The notes under the pieces were generated by a model. It made no database searches. It was not told where the DNA came from and was given only the letters and a program-made list of their open reading frames with translations. A stretch of 32,000 nt of DNA from Acaryochloris marina MBIC11017. GTDB lineage: Bacteria > Cyanobacteriota > Cyanobacteriia > Thermosynechococcales > Thermosynechococcaceae. The stretch's first letter is position 1. Every line of letters starts with the position of its first letter. A program made the position numbers and the translations under genes. Location: positions 690,001 to 722,000 of the forward strand of contig NC_009925.1 of NCBI RefSeq assembly GCF_000018105.1, read 5' to 3'. Below, piece by piece: positions 25,041-32,000 of this stretch.

Positions 25041-26003
25041 ATGGACAGCGAAATGATAGCAACAACATCAACCCCGCCCGATCAGGGGTCACAAGAACAG
25101 TGGGCCTTGACCCTATCGATTATGGGATCCGCCGTCTTTGCCGTTTTGGGTGGGGTGTTTGGACTCTATACCCATTCTGGCGCTATCTTGCTGGACGGGT
25201 TTTATTCCCTGATGACCATGACCATGAGCTTTGTCAGTCTCAAGGTGGCAGCCCTAATCCAGGAAGGTCCCAGTCGGCGTTACCAGTTTGGCTATTACGG
25301 TTTTGAGCCTTTTATTAACACGATTAAAGGCATCATTGTTCTATCGGTTAGTTTGTTCGCTTTCGTTTCTGCGATAGAAGACTTACTGCATGGCGGTCGA
25401 GATCTTGTCGTGGGCCTAGCCTTGGCTTACGCGACCCTATCAACAGTCGGGTGTTTTACCTTCGCCATCTTGATGCATCGCTATGCTCAACGGTTGAACT
25501 TACCGTTGCTGGAGGTGGAAGCCCGGGACTGGACAGTAGATGGCTGTATCAGTAGCGCGGTAGCGTTGACCTTTGTAGTGACTTTGTTGCTGCAAGAAAC
25601 CTCCTGGAATATTTATCTCTCTTACGTTGACCCGCTGCTGGTTTCCATATTGGTGCTGATTATTATTCCGCTGCCCTTACGTACCGTATTTGAAGGCGTG
25701 AATCAGTTATTAGGGGTTGCTCCAGAAAGTGAGTTGGATCGAGAGATTCGCAAGACCATTTCCCAAGTTGCCCGCATTCAAAAACACCCCATCGATCGCT
25801 TTCATTTGCAGATGATGGTGCAAGGACGGGTGTTGTATGTGTTTATTCAGATCTTGGTCCCTGCTGAGTTTGGGGTGGATCGGGTGCAAGAACTAGACCA
25901 ACTGAGGCAGAAGTTTGCGGATGCGATCGCAGATTTACATCCATTTCCAGAAATCGATATTGTATTTACGGAAGATCCCTATTGGCTTAAAGATGGCCAA
26001 TAG
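25041..26003 (+). CDS. Cation diffusion facilitator (CDF) family transporter
   Basis: The product has six hydrophobic segments, reads SGAILLDGFYSL...RYQFGYYGFEP, and has a C-terminal cytoplasmic-domain-like region. It starts 6 nt after the MTase stop. Confidence 0.7.
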   Translation: MDSEMIATTSTPPDQGSQEQWALTLSIMGSAVFAVLGGVFGLYTHSGAILLDGFYSLMTMTMSFVSLKVAALIQEGPSRRYQFGYYGFEPFINTIKGIIVLSVSLFAFVSAIEDLLHGGRDLVVGLALAYATLSTVGCFTFAILMHRYAQRLNLPLLEVEARDWTVDGCISSAVALTFVVTLLLQETSWNIYLSYVDPLLVSILVLIIIPLPLRTVFEGVNQLLGVAPESELDREIRKTISQVARIQKHPIDRFHLQMMVQGRVLYVFIQILVPAEFGVDRVQELDQLRQKFADAIADLHPFPEIDIVFTEDPYWLKDGQ

Positions 26004-26054
26004 GAAGGAGCTTTTCTATATCACCGCACAATCTCATATTTTTCCGAAATTGGG

Positions 26055-26495
26055 TTAGCTATCAATACCATGAATTATCAGCAACCAGAATTCTAGGCCC
26101 ACCATTATCAAGGGAAATCCAATTCCGGCCAAACCAAGCCAACTCCCAATATTCGCAAAGGCAACCAAAAACTTTTTTTTAGGATCGGTTTTATGCAATC
26201 GCACATGGCAGTATTGCAACCAGCTAGAGCAAAGACCGATGATGATAGATCCAATAATTCCTAAAGGAGCACTTATCAAAACCCAAGTCAGGGTTTTATT
26301 TTCCCCACTGATCAGTGTGAAGTTGGGCAAGAGAATAAAGCTAAATCCTTCGAGAATCACCCAAACTACTAAGGCACTCAAAATATCCTGCTGAGTGAGA
26401 AAAGAATCAATTACTTGAACGGGGGGCTTTGGTTTAGTTGGAGCCATATTCCCTAGTTTGTATTGGATAAAAGGATTGTCAAGTAGCCAAATCAT
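26055..26495 (-). CDS. Hypothetical integral membrane protein
   Basis: The 146-aa ORF has about 4 hydrophobic segments. I recognise no family. Confidence 0.4.
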   Translation of the reverse strand: MIWLLDNPFIQYKLGNMAPTKPKPPVQVIDSFLTQQDILSALVVWVILEGFSFILLPNFTLISGENKTLTWVLISAPLGIIGSIIIGLCSSWLQYCHVRLHKTDPKKKFLVAFANIGSWLGLAGIGFPLIMVGLEFWLLIIHGIDS

Positions 26496-26589
26496 ATCTA
26501 TTTGGCCCTAACAACAGGTTTCCCATTCACTTGTCAGATTTGACACGGTACGTTACAAGGAAGAGTAGTTTGATTCGGGGAGAGTCTGA

Positions 26590-26874
26590 ATGGCACAAGC
26601 AGTTTGGAATGGTGTGGTTGTGGCTGAAAGCAACCAATGCGAAGTGGTAGAAGGGAATCAATACTTCCCACCCGATGCCATTAAATCTGACTATTTCAAG
26701 GCCAGCGACACCCATACGACCTGCCCTTGGAAAGGTGTTGCTAGCTATTACAGTCTTGAAGTGGACGGTCAGGTCAACAAAGATGCCGCTTGGTATTATC
26801 CTGACCCCAAAGATGCCGCTAAGAATATTAAGGGGTACATTGCTTTTTGGAAAGGCGTGCAGGTGACGGCCTAA
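26590..26874 (+). CDS. DUF427 domain protein
   Basis: The 94-aa product reads WNGVVVAES...VVEGNQYFPPD...TCPWKGVASYY...AAWYYPDP...IAFW, the characteristic DUF427 pattern. Confidence 0.75.
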   Translation: MAQAVWNGVVVAESNQCEVVEGNQYFPPDAIKSDYFKASDTHTTCPWKGVASYYSLEVDGQVNKDAAWYYPDPKDAAKNIKGYIAFWKGVQVTA

Positions 26875-26909
26875 TTGGGGTGTATCCCAAGAAAGCTTTC
26901 CTGGCTGGT

Positions 26910-27302
26910 TTACTCTGACACTTCTCGAATGATAGTGGCATCGATTTCGACTAACTGATCGGCATACCCTAACTGAGCAACACATAGCAATGTTGCAGGA
27001 GGTACGTTCCTGTTAAACCACTGTTCGACAGCACTCCAGGCACTCGTAAGATTGGCAGCTTCGCCGACCACATAAATGGTGAGCTGCTGAATATCGACTT
27101 CGCTAAATCCATGCACAATAAGAAGCTGCCGGAAATTAGCTAAGCATTGAGCTGCTTGAACGGATGGATCAGATTGCCCAACCCGTTGAGCATTGGAATC
27201 ATGTGGGACTTGTCCAGCCACAAATAGCTGGTTGCCTACTTGTTTGGCATAACGATAGTTTGATGTTTTTGGAAGTCCCGCTACTTCTTCTGCGTCATTC
27301 AT
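26910..27302 (-). CDS. RidA/YjgF/L-PSP family protein
   Basis: It reads QLFVAGQVPHD...QAAQCLANFRQLL...DIQQLTIYV...PPATLLCVAQL...LVEIDA, the typical RidA fold sequence pattern. Confidence 0.75.
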   Translation of the reverse strand: MNDAEEVAGLPKTSNYRYAKQVGNQLFVAGQVPHDSNAQRVGQSDPSVQAAQCLANFRQLLIVHGFSEVDIQQLTIYVVGEAANLTSAWSAVEQWFNRNVPPATLLCVAQLGYADQLVEIDATIIREVSE

Positions 27303-27312
27303 TATTTATCTA

Positions 27313-27543
27313 TCAACATCCGAATCCATTTAAATCACGATATGAATAAACGCGATACCCCTCTTCTTGTTGAAAACCGTTAGGTGTCCATCCCTTCGCC
27401 AAGATTCGGTCCGTGATAATTGCCATGTTGATGCCAATATTATCCATGAGCGATTCTGAGATGGGTAATTGAAATTCAGCAGCTTCGCCAGAAAACGTAT
27501 CTATCTTCTGTAAAGCCGCTTCAACAGTTGTGATGGGTTGCAT
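27313..27543 (-). CDS. Hypothetical small protein (about 76 aa)
   Basis: The internal ATG (MQPITTVEAAL) is preferred. The longer track ORF to 27648 would overlap the GNAT remnant in another frame. Confidence 0.35.
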   Translation of the reverse strand: MQPITTVEAALQKIDTFSGEAAEFQLPISESLMDNIGINMAIITDRILAKGWTPNGFQQEEGYRVYSYRDLNGFGC

Positions 27544-27581
27544 GCCTGATGTAAAAGTTTTGCTTCTTAATACCCTAACGC

Positions 27582-27773
27582 TTATGCTCCGGTTGGATAG
27601 GGTGGAACTTGGGGCAGAATGAGCTGCATGATGGCAACATCTTGCCAACGATCAGCAACATGCCCAACCTCTTTTTGCACGCCGACCATTTCAAAGCCAA
27701 AGCCATTATGGAAGGCGAAACTGACATCATTTGTCGCGGAATCAAATTCTTGCACCTTCAATTCACTCAGGAC
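27582..27773 (-). pseudogene. GNAT acetyltransferase C-terminal remnant
   Basis: The minus-strand frame reads VLSELKVQEFDSATNDVSFAFHNGFGFEMVGVQKEVGHVADRWQDVAIMQLIL, which resembles the C-terminal NxxAxxLYxKxGF...GRWxD...MQL part of phosphinothricin-acetyltransferase-like GNATs. Stops lie immediately upstream (27774..27776 and 27792..27794) and there is no start. Confidence 0.4.
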
Positions 27774-27877
27774 TTACGCATTGACATAAACTCAGTAGAT
27801 CGTAAAGGTCGAGAAATGTCGTAAACGATGGAGTCTGTATTAGACTCCGCGTCCTTAATAAATTGTTGACTGCTATT

Positions 27878-28111
27878 ATGTACAATCTCCAACTACTGGA
27901 GTTTATCGAGGCCATTCAAGAAACCCACGACTTGGAAGAACTCAAACAGATCAGACGGAGAGTATGCTCAATTCTGCAAGCCGTTGTGATTGATCTTGAT
28001 AAGGACCGCATTTCGGCAGAATCTTTCTGGTCCTTCACTATGCCCTGGGAAGTGGCTATTACTACGCTGCGACATAGAGAAACCATCTTGTTAAAGGTGC
28101 ATTTGAACTAA
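27878..28111 (+). CDS. Hypothetical small protein
   Basis: It is an ORF only. The ATG at 27878 is preferred to the TTG at 27863, and I recognise no motif. Confidence 0.3.
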   Translation: MYNLQLLEFIEAIQETHDLEELKQIRRRVCSILQAVVIDLDKDRISAESFWSFTMPWEVAITTLRHRETILLKVHLN

Positions 28112-28344
28112 TTATTATTCAAGTAGGCAAAATATTGTCAATTCACCCTGTTTTTCACCTATTCTTAGGTTTAATCTCTAGCCAAAGCCACCAATTTTAA
28201 AGATATGAAGTTGGTGTGTCTTGAATTCTTTACGCTGAATAGTTATTGTATGGTTTCGATATTAGTTGATCTCATGTTCTAGTCTAAATCGAAATATAAC
28301 TGTGGTTTGCTGTTCTGCAAGTGAAGATATGAGGGAAAGTTGGA

Positions 28345-29420
28345 GTGCAATTCAAAACGTTAGCGAGATTGGGAGGTAAACATGCGAAAAATGCCATTGC
28401 TGAAGCAGTTTACTTACAAACAAATTTGGATTTTACCCAGCCTATAAGCTTTTCAGGCTTAATCAATGAGAGGTGTAATGTTAAATGTCGCTATTGTGAT
28501 TATTGGCGATTAAAAGAATATCAAGATGAATTATCGATTAAAGAGTGGCAGGATGCGCTGTTAAGCATTAAGGCATTTGTTGGTGAATTTTCAATTAATT
28601 TTAGCGGTGGTGAACCTTTTTTAAAGCCAGGATTTATTGATCTGCTTCACTTTTTTGTCAGCAGGGTATTCACAGTGGTGTTACTACAAACGGGTCTTGT
28701 TTATCTAAAGTAAATGCACAAAAGATAGTCTCTGCACGACCATTTAATGTCAATATTTCAGTTGATGCCCCAAATTCAGAAATCCATGATTACTTACGGG
28801 GGTTTTCTGGACTTTTTGACACCTTGTCGCAAGGAATTACCTATCTAACAGAAGAACGAACAAAGCAACAACAATCTTTCCCGATTGTGATTAAGACGAC
28901 TATTACGGCAAAAAACTTCCGGTATTTACCTGCTGTTGTGAAGTGGTCACAAGAAATAGGTGCAACTGCAGTTCACTTCCAACCTTTAAGTCGGTCGACA
29001 GACGAAACATTTGGTGAGCTGTGGATTGAAGAGAACGATCTAGAAGAGTTAACTCAGATTGGGGCGCAATTGATCACTCTTAAGCAGAAGGGAGCGCCTA
29101 TTATGAATAGTGAGCAAGTACTCTCATTACTACCCTCCTACTTTCGGGAAGAAGATCTAGGGAAAGCAATAGGGCCGAATCGTACAGGCCTCCGCACCTA
29201 CACCATCACAACCAACGGAGATGTTTTTTTATCCATCCATTGGCCGAGTATTGGCAATGTGAAGAACCAGAGTGCCCGAGATATTTGGTATGGGCAGAAA
29301 GCCCAAGAGGTGCGGAAAAAAAGTATTTCAACTTATGGCAAGTATTGGATGAACGCAACAGAGGCGCCCAAAACCTTAAGGGATAAATTTCAGATGGGAT
29401 GGCAATTGCTCAAGGCATAA
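28345..29420 (+). pseudogene. Radical SAM enzyme with SPASM-like C-terminal region, split by a 1-nt frameshift in a T6 run (28651..28656)
   Basis: It has CNVKCRYC (CxxxCxxC) and FSGGEPFL. After the T6 run the other frame continues CQQGIHSGVTTNGS...NISVDAPNSEIHDYLRG into track ORF 28824..29420. One extra T would give a single ORF of about 358 aa. Confidence 0.7.
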
Positions 29421-29463
29421 ACATCGTTAGCCATCTATAAAGATGTGTTCACTAAGCGCTGCG

Positions 29464-30049
29464 CTATCTGCGATATTTAACGCTTCCCAAGATTCCGAGC
29501 GCTAGCCCTGAGACCAATATCGTGGATGATTCAGGTACCCCGGCGACCCATTGATTGGTTCTGGAGTCACCTGTAACATCACGAAATTGCCCTGCAGAAC
29601 AGCCATTGGTGGCCGTAAAATTAGGGTTATTCTGAATTTCAAATCCAGTCTGAGGAAGGTTGCCCATAGAGCGATTATAGAAATTGTTGAATTGGCTCAC
29701 TGCAACTTTCATATGTGCCGGGAGTCAGGGATCGGACAATGCGAGAATCATAGGCTGAACCTGTTGTCGGGTCACTCCTGCCTTCTCGAGCATCGTTTTC
29801 AGCAATAAAAGTATTGTTGCTATCAAACAAGGTCAAGATGGGGTCAAATCCACCTGGTGAAATATCTGGTCCTGGTCCATCTGCTAAACGCCCACCCCCG
29901 TGAGAGAGGGTCTTAATTCCTACTCTTGAAGGCGCATCCACCGTAACCTGAAAGAGGGAAACGCCATCAGCGATGCTCAACGTTCCGGTAAAGGACTAAA
30001 GTGTGAGGGTTACAGCTTGAACTGGCAGCGTCCAAAGGGTAATAACCAT
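29464..30049 (-). pseudogene. PEP-CTERM-anchored secreted protein, decayed (in-frame TAG plus 1-nt frameshift)
   Basis: The C-terminus is GVPESSTILVSGLALGILGSVKYRR, a PEP-CTERM-like sorting signal. The upstream part is FDPILTLFDSNNTFIAENDA...LTPGTYE. A signal-peptide-like MVITLWTLPVQA is followed by TAG (29996..29998), and the frame switches at gaaagtt near 29705. Confidence 0.6.
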
Positions 30050-30300
30050 ACACCCGAATAGAAGAGCCCGGAGTGAATGAGTCAGTATCGTTTGAGAATT
30101 ACCTGAGGTCGTCCTTGATGGGCTAGACGATAAAACGCAGCTAGAGCTAGATATTCAATATTTTTTACTGCTTTTGCAATAAAAGAGCTCTTTGTCTTAA
30201 TTTATGCAGGATAAGCGGATAAAATTCCCAATTTATCTCACACCAGTTTTTTTTACATAATTTAAACATGTTCCACAACAAAAAAATAGTCTGGTGTCCT

Positions 30301-30309
30301 GCTGCTATT
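30301..30309. repeat. 9-bp target-site duplication (gctgctatt), left copy, of the IS1-family element
   Basis: An identical 9-mer lies at 31106..31114, directly outside the opposite IR. Confidence 0.85.
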
Positions 30310-31105
30310 GGCGTTGCTCAATGACGGGATGAATTAATTGGATTGCGTCAGGATAACCTCATGACTATTTCAAACATCATGAGGAATCTGTATGAAGTGT
30401 CCTGAGTGTGGTGGTCAACATATCCATAAGAATGGGCATCGTCGAGGTAAACAAAATCATATCTGTGTGACCTGTGGACGACAGTTTCTTTCAACTTACT
30501 CAAAGCGTGGCTACAGTGATTGGACGAAACGACTCTGCCTGAGAATGTATGTCAATGGAATGGGGTTGAAGGGTATCGAACGAGTCATAGGCGTTGCTCA
30601 TACCACTGTGATTCATTGGGTTCAACAAGTTGGAGTTCTATTACCCGATGCTTATGACCCCGACGATATCCCACAGGTCGGAGAATTAGATGAACTCGAA
30701 ACCTTTGTGGGCAAAAAACGCAATAAGGTCTGGATTTGGACTGTGGTGGATCATTTTCACCCCGGCATTCTAGGCTGGGTTGTGGGTAACCATAGTGCTG
30801 AGACCTTTCGACCGTTATGGCAAGCAATCGTCTGTTGGCAATGTTTTTTCTGGGTCAGTGATGGCAATCCCGTCTATCCAGGCTTTATCCCAGAGGGTGA
30901 CCAGATTGTTAGCAAGACCTACATGACACGAGTAGAGGGAGAAAATACTCGTTTACGACATTACTTGGCACGGCTCCATCGCAAGACTTTATGTTATTCA
31001 AAGTCGGTGGACATGCTCAAGCATTCAATTCGACTATTGATCCACTATCTCAAGTTTGGGGAAGTACCTATTCCTGCGTGAGTCATCCCGTCATTGAGCA
31101 ACGCC
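30310..31105 (+). mobile_element. IS1-family insertion sequence, intact (796 bp)
   Basis: It has perfect 23-bp terminal IRs: 30310..30332 ggcgttgctcaatgacgggatga and 31083..31105 as its reverse complement. It carries a single transposase ORF and a 9-bp TSD, and its size is typical of IS1. Confidence 0.9.
30392..31081 (+). CDS. IS1-family transposase, single fused ORF
   Basis: It has an N-terminal zinc-finger CPECGG...CVTCGRQF, an HTH GIERVIGVAHTTVIHWV, then DELETFVGKKRNKVWIWT...SDGNPVY...SKTYMTRVEGENTRLRHYLARLHRKT. Confidence 0.9.
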   Translation: MKCPECGGQHIHKNGHRRGKQNHICVTCGRQFLSTYSKRGYSDWTKRLCLRMYVNGMGLKGIERVIGVAHTTVIHWVQQVGVLLPDAYDPDDIPQVGELDELETFVGKKRNKVWIWTVVDHFHPGILGWVVGNHSAETFRPLWQAIVCWQCFFWVSDGNPVYPGFIPEGDQIVSKTYMTRVEGENTRLRHYLARLHRKTLCYSKSVDMLKHSIRLLIHYLKFGEVPIPA

Positions 31106-31114
31106 GCTGCTATT
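31106..31114. repeat. 9-bp target-site duplication (gctgctatt), right copy
   Basis: It is identical to 30301..30309. Confidence 0.85.
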
Positions 31115-31241
31115 TGCTGAGTTAATTTCCCCTCCATCAATCGCGTGGAGGTTCAACCTGATTGATGTTCACTTTGGGAACTCCCATTTCTTCGATTCAA
31201 GCTAAATACTTAAGGTGGAAGGTTTGAGAGGTTTCAGCTCT

Positions 31242-32000
31242 ATGAGTAGGGTTTTAGTCATTGGCGGAGGGGGACGGATAGGGCAGAGTGTTGCATCTGA
31301 TCTTGTAAAGCAATTAGAGGCTGATGTAACCCTCACCAGCCGGGATGTAAAAACTGTGCAAGAGGCAGCTGATGGCCTTGCCTCAACCGCCCAGGCTTTG
31401 CCGTTGGATTTGGATGACTGGGTGGCATTGGATACTGCGATCTCATCCCATGATCTCGTCATTCACTGTGCCGGCCCATTCCATGATCGGGATGCGCGAG
31501 TATTGAAATCCTGCATTCAAAACCAAGTTAATTATCTGGATGTCAGCGATCATCCTTCTTTTACAGAAAAAGCGCTTCAGTATCAGGAGCAAGCCCAGGC
31601 TGCAGGGGTTACCGCGATCATTAACACAGGGGTTTTCCCTGGGATTTCCAACAGCATGGTCCGCCAAGATGTGGAAGCGTTGGATCAGCCCGATACCATT
31701 CACCTTAGCTATGTCGTCGCTGGTACGGGAGGTGCTGGGGTGACGATTATGCGCACTACTTTTCTGGGATTAATTGAGTCGTTTCCTGGGTGGCTGCAGG
31801 GGAAATGGCAGCCCATCCAGCCCTATAGTGGTCGGGAAACGATTACGTTTCCCTCGCCCTACGGTCGGGTCAATGTCTTTTGGTTTGATGTGCCGGAGCG
31901 ACTCACCTTACCGCAGACGTTTCCCGTACAGTCTGTCATCACTAAATTTGGATCAGTTCCTGAGATTTATAACGGGATTACCTGGGCTTTAGCCCATTGG
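31242..32000 (+). CDS. Saccharopine dehydrogenase-like NAD(P)-binding protein, 5' partial (runs off window)
   Basis: This ORF is not in the supplied track because it has no stop in the window. From ATG 31242 I read MSRVLVIGGGGRIGQSVASDL...DLVIHCAGPFHDRDARVLKSCIQNQVNYLDVSD, a Rossmann GxGxxG plus the Sacchrp_dh pattern. It is open for 253 codons to the window end. Confidence 0.75.
   Translation, partial: MSRVLVIGGGGRIGQSVASDLVKQLEADVTLTSRDVKTVQEAADGLASTAQALPLDLDDWVALDTAISSHDLVIHCAGPFHDRDARVLKSCIQNQVNYLDVSDHPSFTEKALQYQEQAQAAGVTAIINTGVFPGISNSMVRQDVEALDQPDTIHLSYVVAGTGGAGVTIMRTTFLGLIESFPGWLQGKWQPIQPYSGRETITFPSPYGRVNVFWFDVPERLTLPQTFPVQSVITKFGSVPEIYNGITWALAHW

Noticed and set aside
26527-26985. 152-aa minus-strand ORF
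   Set aside because: It fully overlaps the well-supported DUF427 gene on the plus strand and the 3' end of the RidA gene. Its composition is Cys/Arg/Ser-rich with no motifs.
27544-27648. N-terminal extension (MARCCHHAAH...) of the 111-aa minus-strand ORF
   Set aside because: It overlaps the GNAT-remnant reading frame and its composition is odd. The internal ATG at 27543 is more plausible.
27830-27848. Perfect 7-bp stem hairpin ggagtct-gtatt-agactcc
   Set aside because: It lies between divergently oriented features where no terminator is expected. It has no T-run, and its function cannot be inferred.
28205-28282. 25-codon ORF (MKLVCLEFFTLNSYCMVSILVDLMF) upstream of the radical SAM gene as a possible RiPP precursor
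   Set aside because: It has no RBS-like sequence and no leader/core pattern I recognise. The region is AT-rich, where short ORFs arise by chance, and there is no conservation evidence. I mention it only as something to test.
31202-31992. Track ORFs 31202..31462 (-), 31443..31703 (-), 31540..31743 (+) and 31774..31992 (+)
   Set aside because: All overlap the uninterrupted 253-codon saccharopine-dehydrogenase-like frame, which has a clear Rossmann motif.
1-32000. Search by eye for tRNA, rRNA, CRISPR arrays, reverse transcriptase/retron or DGR elements, integrase or att sites
   Set aside because: I recognised none. Absence by eye is weak evidence, and tRNAscan/Infernal should be run.

Overview
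All calls are by-eye motif and frame reading; no database search was run. The window looks cyanobacterial: it has 8 copies of the HIP1 octamer GCGATCGC, a PEP-CTERM gene, and WD40/STAND genes. Layout: (1) 1-3157 is an IS pile-up. An IS1-family copy is split by an intact IS256-family element with an 8-bp target duplication. It abuts a 5'-truncated IS4-family transposase carrying an in-frame TGA, and a CPBP protease gene lacks its N-terminus next to this. (2) 3681-6575 holds a two-HKD PLD-family protein and a cNMP-binding/EAL protein. (3) 6735-11268 is an overlapping gene pair: CHAT-like/TIR/AAA-like ATPase, then a paralogous ATPase/TM helix/coiled coil/three near-identical WD40 units. I read this as a split NLR-like conflict module. 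(4) 11464-11973 is a frameshifted DUF559 gene bracketed by 41-bp inverted repeats. (5) 12061-26003 is a lipid cluster. It holds a divergent flippase-like membrane protein, FAAL, three tandem AspH/LpxO-like hydroxylases, a second FAAL, a carrier protein, an SPT-like alpha-oxoamine synthase, a histidine phosphatase, a KDSR-like reductase, a DNA-methylase-fold MTase and a CDF transporter. I read it as a candidate sphingoid-base/aminopolyol pathway with no recognisable ceramide synthase. (6) 26055-30049 holds small housekeeping-type genes (DUF427, RidA) plus three decayed genes: a GNAT remnant, a frameshifted radical SAM gene, and a PEP-CTERM gene with a stop and a frameshift. (7) 30310-31105 is an intact IS1-family element with perfect 23-bp IRs and a 9-bp target duplication. 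(8) 31242-32000 is the 5' part of a saccharopine-dehydrogenase-like gene. No rRNA, tRNA or CRISPR array was recognised. The two best candidates for an undescribed system are the split STAND pair and the lipid cluster.
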